In this document: positions 26,238 through 38,522 of the stretch, piece by piece | Layout: each line of letters begins with the position of its first letter | Numbering within the stretch: the first letter of the stretch is position 1 | IMG/VR virus record: IMGVR_UViG_3300031787_000011 | Source of the DNA: a virus | Reading direction: 5' to 3' (one strand) | Length of the DNA stretch: 64,000 nucleotides | The notes under the pieces: model-generated | What the model was told of the DNA's origin: nothing | Seen by the model: only the letters and a program-made list of their open reading frames with translations | Databases searched by the model: none | Program-made: the position numbers and the translations under genes

Positions 26238-27200
26238 ATGAATAAAAAAGTTGCTCTTATAAGTTCTTTTTGCGACGATCAAGAAAAGATTGATACTCTA
26301 AATGAAAATATAAAAAAATTAAAAGCTCATGGTTTGGACATTTTTTTGATTAGTCATTTGCCATTGCCGAAAGAAACAGTAAAGATTTGCGATTATATTT
26401 TTTATACAAAAGAAAATCCTGTATTAACATGGCCTGTGAAAGTGCAGATGTATTATAAGTGGTATATTTTTGAAGGAGAAAATTACATAAAATTTTATTA
26501 TCCCAGTTATGATTACGGGTGGTCTGGATTAAATCATATAAAAAAATTAACACAGATAGCTCTTACTTTTAATTATGATTATTTTTATAACTTAATATAT
26601 GATTTAGATATAGATGAAAATGTTGCTGGGGTATTAGATAATCCAGAAGCCGCTTTAGCTTGCGGGTTTGAAAGAGACAATATACGCTTAAAATTAGCAA
26701 GCTTACATTTAATGGTTTTCAATAGGCAAAAAGCTAAAAAACTGCATGAATTGATAACTTTAGAAAATTATTTAAATTTTTTAAATTCTTCTAATTTGAA
26801 AGAAGGTAAAGACGCTGAAGGGTTTTTTGTAACATTAGGCAAAGAATTAGAATATAGAATAGCTGATTTTTTTGTAAAAGATAAAATCTCAGTCAAAAGG
26901 AATGACTCTAATCATTCTAAAATAGATGGCGTAAAACTTTTTATAGAAAAAAACACAAAAAATCTTGAATCTGAAATTAAAGTTTGTGTCTATGAAAATG
27001 AAAATAACTCAAAAATAGAAATCGTGGTAAATGGAAAATCTATTTCTATAGATAAAGTTTTTAAAATTTATCCGCTGGGTTTATCTTTTTGGGATATCGA
27101 GTCTATGTTTTTGAAAGCATCAGGGCAAACACAAGATCTTATGCCAACATTAAAATCTATATCATATTCTTATATAGAGCTAGAAAAAATTAAAAAATAA
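26238..27200 (+). CDS. hypothetical protein, paralog 2
   Basis: Tandem paralog; start at MNKKVAL inferred by alignment with paralog 1. Confidence 0.8.
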   Translation: MNKKVALISSFCDDQEKIDTLNENIKKLKAHGLDIFLISHLPLPKETVKICDYIFYTKENPVLTWPVKVQMYYKWYIFEGENYIKFYYPSYDYGWSGLNHIKKLTQIALTFNYDYFYNLIYDLDIDENVAGVLDNPEAALACGFERDNIRLKLASLHLMVFNRQKAKKLHELITLENYLNFLNSSNLKEGKDAEGFFVTLGKELEYRIADFFVKDKISVKRNDSNHSKIDGVKLFIEKNTKNLESEIKVCVYENENNSKIEIVVNGKSISIDKVFKIYPLGLSFWDIESMFLKASGQTQDLMPTLKSISYSYIELEKIKK

Positions 27201-27201
27201 T

Positions 27202-27786
27202 ATGAAAAAAGTATTTATAGTAGGAGGAACATCTGGTTTTGGTCTTTCATTAGCTAAAAAATTCCACATCGAACACGAAGTAACTGTTTGCGGAAGAAGA
27301 AAAAGCTCATCTTTCAATGGAATAGTTTGCGACATGCTAGACATCAAAGAAGAAATTTTCAGAGAATATAAGCCAAATATAATAATAAATAACGGCTTCG
27401 ATAAGAAAGATTATTTAAAATCTTATCAGGGGTCTTTGAATGTATTGCGGGTTGCGTTTGATTATTTTAAAACTAAAAACAAAGGAATAATCATAAACGT
27501 AAACTCTATAAGCGGAATCGGCCCAGACACCAAAGATCCAGATTACGCCGCAGCAAAATATGCTTTGAGGGGTTATTCTGATTCCATAGCGAATGAAGCT
27601 TTCCAGCAAAATATAAAAATAATAAATTTATACCCAAGAGCTATGGCTACTGGAATGAATGTCGGCAGGCAAGATTTCAATGAGTTAATAAACCCAGATG
27701 AAGTAGCTGAACTTGTTGTGGCTTTAACAAAAACTCAATCTTTTTATACTAGTTCAATACAATTTGATAGAATAAAGAAGTCATGA
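27202..27786 (+). CDS. short-chain dehydrogenase/reductase
   Basis: GGTSGFG, INNG, YAAAK. Confidence 0.9.
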   Translation: MKKVFIVGGTSGFGLSLAKKFHIEHEVTVCGRRKSSSFNGIVCDMLDIKEEIFREYKPNIIINNGFDKKDYLKSYQGSLNVLRVAFDYFKTKNKGIIINVNSISGIGPDTKDPDYAAAKYALRGYSDSIANEAFQQNIKIINLYPRAMATGMNVGRQDFNELINPDEVAELVVALTKTQSFYTSSIQFDRIKKS

Positions 27787-28802
27787 AAGCAGCCATCCTT
27801 TTAGAAAAAAATAAGCCCATTTATGTAGACGATATACAAGCTCCTAAAAAATTATCGTTTGGGCAAGTAAAAATAAAAACAATAACTAGCGGACTGTGCG
27901 GCGCGCAATTGCAAGAAATTGCTGGCCTTAAAAATAACGAACAATTTATGCCTCATTTAATCGGGCATGAAGGCTGCGGTCTTGTGGAAGCCGTTGGCGA
28001 AGGAGTTAAAAAAGTTAAAAAGGGAGACAAAGTTGTAATGCATTGGAGAAAAGGCTCTGGGCTAGAAGCTGATTTCGCAAAATATCAATGGCATGACAAG
28101 GAGGTTTCTGGCGGAAAAGTTGTAACTCTAGCAGAAAATGTAGTCGTATCGGAAAATAGAATCACTCCAGTAGATAAAGAAATTGACGATGAGTTTTGCG
28201 CGTTGCTTGGTTGTGGATTGTCTACAGGATTTAGCGTCGTAAATAAAGATGCTAATATAAAATTTGGAGAAAGCGTTTTGGTTGTAGGATGTGGTGGCGT
28301 AGGTTTAAGTTGCATACAGGCGGCTGGGTTATCTCTTGCTGGACCTATCGTAGGAATAGATATTAACGAAGCAAAAAAAATGATGGTCGAAAATCTAGGA
28401 GCAGAATTTTACAGCCCAGTTAATGTAGAAAAGTTAATAGAGTCTAAAGCAAAATTTGATTGCATAATTGATACTACTGGAATTTTGAGTTTTATTTCTA
28501 GGCTTATTCCTTTGCTATCTAATCAAGGAAGGTGCATTTTGGTTTCCCAGCCGAAGCCAGGATCTCAATTAACAATTAGTGATCCGATTTCATTTTTCTC
28601 TAATAATGGACAAACTATCAGAACTACTCAAGCAGGAAACTTTGATCCAGATATTGATATTCCAAGATACATAAAACTTTATAAAAACAAAAAAATAAAC
28701 ATAAAATCATTGATAACTGACAGATACGACATCTTCAATATCAATGAGGCTGTAACAAAATTGAAAACTGGAGAATCTGGCAGAATAATTATAAATTTTT
28801 AA
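27783..28802 (+). CDS. zinc-binding alcohol dehydrogenase family
   Basis: GLCG, GHEGCG, GCGGVG. Confidence 0.9.
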   Translation: MKAAILLEKNKPIYVDDIQAPKKLSFGQVKIKTITSGLCGAQLQEIAGLKNNEQFMPHLIGHEGCGLVEAVGEGVKKVKKGDKVVMHWRKGSGLEADFAKYQWHDKEVSGGKVVTLAENVVVSENRITPVDKEIDDEFCALLGCGLSTGFSVVNKDANIKFGESVLVVGCGGVGLSCIQAAGLSLAGPIVGIDINEAKKMMVENLGAEFYSPVNVEKLIESKAKFDCIIDTTGILSFISRLIPLLSNQGRCILVSQPKPGSQLTISDPISFFSNNGQTIRTTQAGNFDPDIDIPRYIKLYKNKKINIKSLITDRYDIFNINEAVTKLKTGESGRIIINF

Positions 28803-28803
28803 A

Positions 28804-29994
28804 ATGAACTACGCTACAAAGCAAGATCTGATTAATTTCGAAAACTCAATTATTGATCTCTATAAAGATTGCAAGTTGCCATTTCTGTTCCACTTGTCAG
28901 GGGGAAATGAGGAGCAGTTAATTGAGATCTTCAAGGATATCAAAGATGGTGATTATGTAATCTCTAATCATAGAAATCATTATCATGCATTGCTTGCCGG
29001 AATTCCTGCCGATGAACTGCGCCAAAGAATCGTAGACGGAAGAAGTATGTTTATTTATGATAGGAAACGAAACTTCTTTACGTCTGCTATTATCGGCGGA
29101 ACTCCAGCAATTGCCGCTGGAATAGCTCTTGCTCTAAAGCGCAAAGGGTCTTCGCAGAAGGTATGGTGTTTTGTGGGGGACGGAACAGAAGATTCTGGGC
29201 ATCTTTTTGAAGCTGCTAGATATGTTTCTGGTTTTGATTTGCCATGTAAGTTTATCGTGGAAGACAATAATAGATCTGTTTGCACCCCAAAGAGCGAAAG
29301 ATGGGGAGAGTCTGTGTTGCCAGCAATGCCTTCTTGCGTTTCAAGATATAGATACGATATCACTTACCCTCACGCAAGAATTGACGAGAATATAGATCTA
29401 AAGAAAACAAAGCAAAAAACTGATGCTGAATATTTTCCTCCTCTGCTTCCAGAGCAATTGCCGCATTTCGATGTGGATCCTAATATTTCTTTCAAGAATG
29501 CTGTTACAGAGGCCATGACAGAAATCGGCAAAGCTAATTCTGTATTTATTGGATACAATGTTAAATATGGCAACGCAATGGGCAATCTAGTAAATGTAGA
29601 TAATAGCAAAAAGATTGAAACTCCTGTGGCTGAAAATCTCATGGCTGGACTTGCCATTGGTATGTCGTTCGAAGGTTTCCGTCCAGTAGTCTATTACGAA
29701 CGCCACGATTTCATGTTAGTGGCGGCAGATGCAATTATTAATCACGCTAATCATATTGAAAGAATATCTCATGGAGAATATGAGTGCCCAGTAATATTTA
29801 GAACAGTAGTCGCTGATAGCGGGCCATTCTATTCAGGGCCTACTCACTCTCAAAATTTTACAGAAGGTTTCAGAAATATGGTGTCTTTTCCTATTTATGT
29901 TCCAGATACTGGCGCAGAAGTACTACAAGCTTATAGAAAAGCATTGCATTCTAGCAGACCGTCTATGATTGTAGAGAGAAAGAGTAAGTTTTAA
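28804..29994 (+). CDS. fused ThDP-dependent E1 alpha/beta-like enzyme
   Basis: HLSGGNE, HRNHYH, GDG..EDN ThDP motif, then ETPVAE, GPTHSQ. Confidence 0.88.
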   Translation: MNYATKQDLINFENSIIDLYKDCKLPFLFHLSGGNEEQLIEIFKDIKDGDYVISNHRNHYHALLAGIPADELRQRIVDGRSMFIYDRKRNFFTSAIIGGTPAIAAGIALALKRKGSSQKVWCFVGDGTEDSGHLFEAARYVSGFDLPCKFIVEDNNRSVCTPKSERWGESVLPAMPSCVSRYRYDITYPHARIDENIDLKKTKQKTDAEYFPPLLPEQLPHFDVDPNISFKNAVTEAMTEIGKANSVFIGYNVKYGNAMGNLVNVDNSKKIETPVAENLMAGLAIGMSFEGFRPVVYYERHDFMLVAADAIINHANHIERISHGEYECPVIFRTVVADSGPFYSGPTHSQNFTEGFRNMVSFPIYVPDTGAEVLQAYRKALHSSRPSMIVERKSKF

Positions 29995-30725
29995 TGAAAA
30001 AGAAAATTTTAGTAATAGGAGACAGTTGCAGAGATGTGCATGTATATTGCTCATGTGATAGAATGAGCCCAGATAAGCCGGTCCCAGTTTTAAAGATTAT
30101 TGACCAGAACGATAATCCGGGAATGGCAAAAAATGTCTATAGGAACATAAAGTCTATAGAAGACTCATGCGATATTGTTACTAATTCAAACTGGGCAAAT
30201 ATTACTAAAACAAGATATATTCATAAGAGTACAAATCATATGTTTTTCAGACTAGACTCCGCTGAAAACATTAAGAAGTTTAATATAGAAAAGATGAACT
30301 ATGACTATGATCACATAGTTATTTCCGATTATAATAAAGGTTTTTTAAGCGAAGAAGATATTTTAACTATTTCTTCCAATCATGATTCAGTATTTCTTGA
30401 TAGCAAAAGAATTCTTGGTTCTTGGGCAGAAAAAGTAAGGTTTGTAAAAATAAATAATTTTGAATATGATAGATCGAAATGTTCTATCCCGTCATCTCTT
30501 ACAAATAAAATAATAAAAACGGCAGGAGAAGACGGGTGTTATTATTTAGGCAAAAACTATCCTGTGGCTCCCCAAGAAGTAATCGACGTCTCTGGAGCAG
30601 GGGATTCTTTCTTGGCTGGATTGGTAGTGGAATTTAGTAAAACATCAAATATAGAGAAAGCAATAGTATTTGCAAATCAATGCGCCAGTAAAGTTGTGGG
30701 TCAAAAAGGAGTAGGAATTATATAA
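29994..30725 (+). CDS. RfaE/HldE kinase-domain-like sugar kinase (PfkB family)
   Basis: LVIGD, R.SP..PVPV, ISDYNKG, DVSGAGDSF. Confidence 0.88.
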   Translation: MKKKILVIGDSCRDVHVYCSCDRMSPDKPVPVLKIIDQNDNPGMAKNVYRNIKSIEDSCDIVTNSNWANITKTRYIHKSTNHMFFRLDSAENIKKFNIEKMNYDYDHIVISDYNKGFLSEEDILTISSNHDSVFLDSKRILGSWAEKVRFVKINNFEYDRSKCSIPSSLTNKIIKTAGEDGCYYLGKNYPVAPQEVIDVSGAGDSFLAGLVVEFSKTSNIEKAIVFANQCASKVVGQKGVGII

Positions 30726-30757
30726 CTATTTGGTTAATTTAGAGTGTAATGTATGGC

Positions 30758-32942
<2,185 letters not shown>

Positions 32943-32954
32943 TTTTTTATTAAT

Positions 32955-33122
32955 ATGTACACTCTTACAAAATATCAACCTGTGGCTCTACAACCAGACT
33001 ATCAAGTTTTGGTAAGTGGAGAATATAATTTATTAGATTTAGTTCCTTGTGGATTATATGGACAAGGAGATGAGCCTAATTGTGCATTTTTAGTCGCAAC
33101 GTGCGTAGGAATAAATTTATAA
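32955..33122 (+). CDS. small hypothetical protein, 55 aa (not in ORF track)
   Basis: MYTLTKYQPVALQPDYQVLVSGEYNLLDLVPCG... Confidence 0.5.
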   Translation: MYTLTKYQPVALQPDYQVLVSGEYNLLDLVPCGLYGQGDEPNCAFLVATCVGINL

Positions 33123-33151
33123 GAAGTTAATAATAATAATTAAAATAAAAT

Positions 33152-35290
33152 ATGAAAACAGCAACAGAACAAATTTTTAATGGCACTTTCGCTCAAGTCG
33201 CAATTGGCGGCGCATACGATTCCACAAAAATAAATAGAGGAAAGCATACAGGCCAATTTAATTTAGGAGCAGGAGAAGCTGATAAATTTATTGGACCCGC
33301 ACCTCTTGGGGTAGCAAATTTTGGTGAAAGCAGCTTGGCGATACCTTCTCAGTTCGTGCATCCAGTAAAAATTACTGATGATTTATTTTGGATTTTTGGG
33401 TCGGATGTAGCTACTGCCGCCGCAACTCGCCGTGTGCAATTATGGACATGGGTGCCTTCAACTAACACTTATACATTTGTTGGCGCTATAATAAATACTT
33501 TTCCTGCTGCAACAAATCATACTGTTCGCGGAATTAGAGCTATATTAGAAAACTATACAACTGGAACAGTAGGCGTTTCTGGCACTGCTGTTACTGGATC
33601 TGGAACAACTTGGCTTACTGGTTTAAGCGTCGGAAGTCGTATTGGATTTGGTTCAACAGATCCTACCCAAATAACAACATGGTATCAAATTAGTGCTATA
33701 GGTTCTAATACAAGCATTACATTAACATCTAGTGCTGGAACTATAAGTTCTGGAACAAGTTATGTTATTCAAGATTTAATGATTGTTCAGGCCACAACAA
33801 ACGCTACAGTGACTAATGGTGGCGTATTTATTACAAAAGGATTGAGTTTTGAAGCGTTTCAAAATCCAGCAACAGTGATACCAGCAGCTACAACTGTTGA
33901 TAAAATACGCGCAGTTTATTGGTTAAAAGATGCTGCTACGATAACTAACACAACAATAGGTGGATGCGCTTTAGGAGATAGAGATTCTTGGACGCAACAA
34001 TTTATTTATTGTACTGACGGGGCGGCAACAACACTAAGAATTTTTAAATATAATATCCGCGCTCCATTAACGCCAACTTCTGGCGCGTTTACACTAACTG
34101 GAGCAGACATAGTTATAACTGGAAATCAAGCGGTTACTGGTAATATCAGCCAAGCTAATAATGGAAGAATTGCTACTTTAAATCATGGTCCAGGATCTGG
34201 AGTTTCATCTCTTTATCTTTTTACTGCTACTCGTATTATAAGAGTTGCTTTAACAAATATTGTAGCAAGTAGCACAACTTATATTTCAGATCAAATGGCT
34301 GAAGTACCTCCTGGAGGCACAAACACAAACGTTGCAACAGCTGGTTTTACAAGTATGGATATTGCTGGTTCATTGGATAAAATCGTTGTAACATCAGCAG
34401 CTTCAACTGGTACTATATTCATTACTGATTATTATACAGGTGGTCAACAAATAGATAGACGCGCATGTTGCTTATCGACACAATTACCATCATCTAATAG
34501 AGATACAGATAGTCCTATTTTTATTCATAATATTTCAGCAAATATTCCATTCGTTTGGGTAGAAGATGGATGGTTGTTTTGGATATACTCTCAAGCAGCA
34601 ACTGCAAATTCAAACGCATTAACTGTTTATCCGCTTGCTGCTGATTTAGAATTTATAGCTGATGCGCCTAATAGAATTATATGTCCTAAAATAAATCTTG
34701 GCGCGACTCCATCTAAATTATATAGAGCGTATACTAATTGCGTAGAAAATATTGGTGATAACACAATGGGTATTTGTCCTGATATGTACCGTTTACAGTA
34801 TCGCACTTCTGGCATTGATGATAATTCAGGATCATGGACTGATGTTCCTCAAAATGGAGATATTAGCGGAGTTTTACCAAGTGCTAATATACAATTTGCA
34901 TTTTTATTTAGAACTGCTGGAGTAATAATGTTACCAGCAAGAATTTTATCTTTAGCAGTTGTATACGAAACAGCAGATGCTTTGCCTAGTCAATATAGAT
35001 GGAATTTTAGCGATTTTGACACTTCAAATGGCACATTCGCTTGGATACAAACTGCTTTATTTGGATCTACTCCAGGAACTCATACGATAGATGTTTATAG
35101 AGCAGATACTGACGCATTAGTATTAACTCAATCTTCGACAGGAACTACAAATGGTAGTTTTCAATATTATAGCGGTGCTGCATGGTATACTGGTATTGGT
35201 GCAGATGCTTTAAACACAAGAAGAAGATTTGTTCCTAGCGGATCTTTACCTGGAAGTGTTGATCTTTACGCAACTATAGATGTACAATAA
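33152..35290 (+). CDS. virion structural or tail protein
   Basis: 712 aa, T/G/S/A-rich; TVGVSGTAVTGSGTTW motif typical of fibres. Confidence 0.7.
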   Translation: MKTATEQIFNGTFAQVAIGGAYDSTKINRGKHTGQFNLGAGEADKFIGPAPLGVANFGESSLAIPSQFVHPVKITDDLFWIFGSDVATAAATRRVQLWTWVPSTNTYTFVGAIINTFPAATNHTVRGIRAILENYTTGTVGVSGTAVTGSGTTWLTGLSVGSRIGFGSTDPTQITTWYQISAIGSNTSITLTSSAGTISSGTSYVIQDLMIVQATTNATVTNGGVFITKGLSFEAFQNPATVIPAATTVDKIRAVYWLKDAATITNTTIGGCALGDRDSWTQQFIYCTDGAATTLRIFKYNIRAPLTPTSGAFTLTGADIVITGNQAVTGNISQANNGRIATLNHGPGSGVSSLYLFTATRIIRVALTNIVASSTTYISDQMAEVPPGGTNTNVATAGFTSMDIAGSLDKIVVTSAASTGTIFITDYYTGGQQIDRRACCLSTQLPSSNRDTDSPIFIHNISANIPFVWVEDGWLFWIYSQAATANSNALTVYPLAADLEFIADAPNRIICPKINLGATPSKLYRAYTNCVENIGDNTMGICPDMYRLQYRTSGIDDNSGSWTDVPQNGDISGVLPSANIQFAFLFRTAGVIMLPARILSLAVVYETADALPSQYRWNFSDFDTSNGTFAWIQTALFGSTPGTHTIDVYRADTDALVLTQSSTGTTNGSFQYYSGAAWYTGIGADALNTRRRFVPSGSLPGSVDLYATIDVQ

Positions 35291-35292
35291 TT

Positions 35293-35595
35293 ATGAATCT
35301 TACAGCGGGTGGATCATCTATTCAATTTGTAAGAGATACTGGCTCGCCAAATGCCGTACAAAATTTCTTAGCTGATGGAAAAGTGCAAGGAGTTCAATCG
35401 TCAAGCGGCTTGCCGTTTAATTATATATTTCAACTTGCTCAAAGATCTACTCAATTTACTTACTTTATTGTCGCAGGAAATCAATTTTGGATAAAAATAT
35501 CAGGAGCTTGGAAAACAGGCACAATGTTTGTAAAAGTGGCTGGTATCTGGAAATCTACAACTCCATATATTAAAATTGGAGGAGTTTGGAAATAA
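35293..35595 (+). CDS. small tail-associated protein
   Basis: Three IK.gG.WK repeats at the C-terminus. Confidence 0.7.
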   Translation: MNLTAGGSSIQFVRDTGSPNAVQNFLADGKVQGVQSSSGLPFNYIFQLAQRSTQFTYFIVAGNQFWIKISGAWKTGTMFVKVAGIWKSTTPYIKIGGVWK

Positions 35596-35625
35596 TATAT
35601 CTGTATTCTGGTGTAATTAAATAAT

Positions 35626-36150
35626 ATGAAAGTAGTTGACATAGCTCAAGAAATTTATTTAGACCTGAATAGTCCAAGTGATTTAAGTATCGCGGCTATA
35701 TCTTTTTGGGTTAGAGCTAATGTTGGAGCATTAAATAGTTTTTTATTTTCTAATTTTGCTGTGAACGGAACTACTTACGAGATAGTAGATGCTGATAACA
35801 ATAATGCCGAAATAGATATCAATGCTGTGGCAATATTAAAAAAGATGTATATGATACATCGTTACGCTGTAATAATTAGATCTAAATTAACTTCTACAGA
35901 TTCAGACGACGTAATAGAAGTAACTCACAATGATACAAAAGTAAGAAAAATAGACAAAAATCAAATCATTAAAACAGTTAGCGCCGAAAAGAAACAAGAA
36001 GAAGAATCTCTAAAACTTTTAATTAGCGCGTATAGAAGCAAGCAATTTACTCCAGAGCAAGTTGTTGGAGATGATATTGTCGCTGGGGCTTTTCCAGACA
36101 ATTATCCATATATTAGGTCTGGTAGAACTTACGGATATACTGCTTATTAA
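35626..36150 (+). CDS. hypothetical (probable late) protein
   Basis: 174 aa; GTGTAA 9 nt upstream. Confidence 0.7.
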   Translation: MKVVDIAQEIYLDLNSPSDLSIAAISFWVRANVGALNSFLFSNFAVNGTTYEIVDADNNNAEIDINAVAILKKMYMIHRYAVIIRSKLTSTDSDDVIEVTHNDTKVRKIDKNQIIKTVSAEKKQEEESLKLLISAYRSKQFTPEQVVGDDIVAGAFPDNYPYIRSGRTYGYTAY

Positions 36151-36344
36151 AAACCTCTGTTTTCTTTTATTATTTTTTCTATTTGAGTTATTTCAAAAAC
36201 AATCTTTTGCTTTAAGTTATTTAATTCGTTAACTATGCTAGCGGCTTGCTTTTTAGATTTAGCTTTTTCTAATTTTGCAATAAGCCTGTCAGATTCTTTT
36301 TCATAAAATTCTGCTGTCTTTAACATCATTTCTAAATGGTCCAT
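36147..36344 (-). CDS. hypothetical coiled-coil protein
   Basis: 65-aa ORF. Confidence 0.6.
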   Translation of the reverse strand: MDHLEMMLKTAEFYEKESDRLIAKLEKAKSKKQAASIVNELNNLKQKIVFEITQIEKIIKENRGF

Positions 36345-36346
36345 AT

Positions 36347-36377
36347 AAAATGAAAGAGGGGAGCTTTCGCTCCCCTC
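36347..36377 (-). terminator. intrinsic terminator
   Basis: GAGGGGAGC-GAAA-GCTCCCCTC-TTTCATTTT. Confidence 0.8.
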
Positions 36378-36388
36378 AGTTTTGTGTT

Positions 36389-36577
36389 TTAACGCTTACG
36401 TCGAGCTGCTCGCTTGCTTAGGGTTTGTGGATCTGACGCTGCCGCGAATCCGAATGAATTACGCGCAATGCGCTTGGTATCAGTTCGGTGCTGGTTGATC
36501 TTAACAACCTTCTGAACATCAGTCACTGTTAGCCTACCGCAGTCAGACTCGGTAACCGTAATAGAATACTTATTCAT
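36389..36577 (-). CDS. small basic protein
   Basis: ORF with TTGACT upstream and a terminator downstream. Confidence 0.7.
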   Translation of the reverse strand: MNKYSITVTESDCGRLTVTDVQKVVKINQHRTDTKRIARNSFGFAAASDPQTLSKRAARRKR

Positions 36578-36610
36578 AACATCTATATTCTTGCAGAAGA
36601 ATAAAAAAAG

Positions 36611-36943
36611 TCAAGTTATTTTAACAGAAATTTCTTTATTTTCTGGGTTTTCTTTTTCTGGTACACACACCTCTAAAACTCCGTTTTCTAATTCGGCAGT
36701 AATCTTTGTTAAATCGCATTCTTTTGGAAATAAAAAAGATCCTGACATAGCTTTCCTTTTGTTACCTTCGGCAGGCAAAAGGCTAACAATTACTTTGCCT
36801 TGTTTGGATTTGACAGAAACCTCATCCTTAGAAAAGCCCGGCACATCTAAAGATAAAATGTACTTATGGTTTTCTAATTCCCAAGAGTAGTTAAATGGTG
36901 AGATTATTGGATCTGAGAGAGATGAATAATATGCGTTTATCAT
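36611..36943 (-). CDS. Hsp20 small heat-shock protein
   Basis: LDVPGFSKDEVSV...AELENGVLEVCVP; start at MINAYY. Confidence 0.88.
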   Translation of the reverse strand: MINAYYSSLSDPIISPFNYSWELENHKYILSLDVPGFSKDEVSVKSKQGKVIVSLLPAEGNKRKAMSGSFLFPKECDLTKITAELENGVLEVCVPEKENPENKEISVKIT

Positions 36944-36950
36944 ACTAGAG

Positions 36951-37658
36951 TCAAAAAGCAAAGGCCGTGCCGCTAGATTTGGGCCAGTTTTCGATATTTT
37001 TCTTGGTTTTGCGAGACTTGGAGAGACTTTTAGTCTCAATAAGTGGGCCATAGATGAGACTAAATAACTCATAAACAGACTGCTTGGAAAAATGACTTTC
37101 TTCGGGCGGCTTAGGAGATGTGTCTTGCCATTCTAAAACATAATCAGCAAGAGCTTCTACTTTCGGGGTGTGGGTCGCTTCTTCATTATTCACTGGAATA
37201 GAAAAAATCTTTTTAAATGGATAAGCGCTTTCTATTTCATATTTCTTAACATGAATTAAAATACCGCCATTTTTTTTCAACCAGTAAACCTCATCGTTTT
37301 CATATTCAGCATGTCTGATATCTGGAATACAAACGATTCTGTCGTTTTTTGTTTTTGGAAATTGAGATATAATTTTAGAAATTTTTCCCGTCCAGTGTGT
37401 GCCTTTAGTTTCGATGCGCTTGACTTTACCATGAAAAACTAAGAAGTCGCGTATTTTGCTCTTATCTTCTCTAGAACAAATTATTGGATCAATCCCGTAA
37501 AGAGACAAAAGAGCGTCCTTGCACTCTTCTTTGATAGAATCTGCCAAAGCAATTCTTTCGAATTCATAGCCTCTTTCCTCAAAAAGCTGCCTGAACATGT
37601 TGCATAAAGAGTCTTTGCCGTCGCCAGCTAGACCTGATATTCCTATTAGTTTATTCAT
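36951..37658 (-). CDS. deoxynucleoside monophosphate kinase-like
   Basis: IGISGLAGDGKD, ALADSIK, IPDIRH..E. Confidence 0.8.
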   Translation of the reverse strand: MNKLIGISGLAGDGKDSLCNMFRQLFEERGYEFERIALADSIKEECKDALLSLYGIDPIICSREDKSKIRDFLVFHGKVKRIETKGTHWTGKISKIISQFPKTKNDRIVCIPDIRHAEYENDEVYWLKKNGGILIHVKKYEIESAYPFKKIFSIPVNNEEATHTPKVEALADYVLEWQDTSPKPPEESHFSKQSVYELFSLIYGPLIETKSLSKSRKTKKNIENWPKSSGTAFAF

Positions 37659-38266
37659 TTGATAAATACACTCCAATCTATGTGGTTTTTAAATTCTATT
37701 AAATCTGTAGCCAAAATTGGAGGCATTGGTTTTGGTCTTCTAATTAATTTTAAACCAGCTTCTTCTGGGGTTTTGCTGCCTTTTTTAGAGTTTATATCTT
37801 TATGACAAAGAACCATATTTTCCCAAGTATTCGGGCCTCCCCTAGACTTCGGGAAAGGATGGTCTATATTCGCTTCTTCTGGTTTTAATTTTTTGCCGCT
37901 GTATTGGCAGATTCCTTTGTCTCTGATCCAAATATTATTTTTAGTAGGGCGAAATGTCTTTACTGGAATTTCAGCGTATTTAGATGAAGCAATAATCGTA
38001 GGAACTCTAATGGACATTTTGCTTGTTCTTATTTCTAAGTCGCATTCTCTGACGGGAAGAGTTATCCACTCGTCCCACTTGACAGTTTGAATGTCTTCTA
38101 CGTCAGAAAAATTTAAAGATCCGTCTTCATTTTTACCATAGATAACGTTAAGGGCTACGCAATTTGGATTAACTAATTCGCTAAATGCATCTCTGACAGA
38201 TTTAACTCCAATTGGCTGCCATCTTTTATTTAGACATAAACAAATGATTTTGTCTTCTATCCCCAT
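37655..38266 (-). CDS. HNH endonuclease
   Basis: RDKGICQYSG, IDHPFPKSRGG, WENMVLCHKDINSKKG. Confidence 0.92.
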   Translation of the reverse strand: MGIEDKIICLCLNKRWQPIGVKSVRDAFSELVNPNCVALNVIYGKNEDGSLNFSDVEDIQTVKWDEWITLPVRECDLEIRTSKMSIRVPTIIASSKYAEIPVKTFRPTKNNIWIRDKGICQYSGKKLKPEEANIDHPFPKSRGGPNTWENMVLCHKDINSKKGSKTPEEAGLKLIRRPKPMPPILATDLIEFKNHIDWSVFIK

Positions 38267-38273
38267 GCATTAG

Positions 38274-38302
38274 AATATAGTTTTTTTTCTTGTTTGCGTC
38301 AA
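38274..38302 (-). promoter_or_regulatory. sigma70-like promoter
   Basis: TTGACG-N17-TATATT-N7-ATG. Confidence 0.6.
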
Positions 38303-38341
38303 GATTTTTCTAGATTTTTTTAATTTTATTTTTAGAATAAA

Positions 38342-38488
38342 ATGATGAAGAAATCAACATCTCAAAAGACAAGAAAGAAGGCCGCTAAGAGTGCGTCTTC
38401 TTCGGGTAACGCAGGAAATACCGGCAACGCTGGAAACGTCGGCAAGGGCGGCCCGCCGAATAAGGCAGGTAAGGGCGGTAAGAAGTAA
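38342..38488 (+). CDS. 48-aa Lys/Gly/Asn-rich peptide (not in ORF track)
   Basis: MMKKSTSQKTRKKAAKSASSSGNAGNTGNAGNVGKGGPPNKAGKGGKK followed by a terminator. Confidence 0.65.
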   Translation: MMKKSTSQKTRKKAAKSASSSGNAGNTGNAGNVGKGGPPNKAGKGGKK

Positions 38489-38493
38489 AACAC

Positions 38494-38522
38494 GGCGCGA
38501 CTAAAAATCGCGCCCTTTTTTT
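38494..38522 (+). terminator. intrinsic terminator
   Basis: GGCGCGA-loop-TCGCGCC then T tract. Confidence 0.8.

Noticed and set aside
36944-37072. N-terminal extension of the Hsp20 ORF
   Set aside because: Overlaps the kinase gene; the ATG at 36943 gives a normal-size Hsp20
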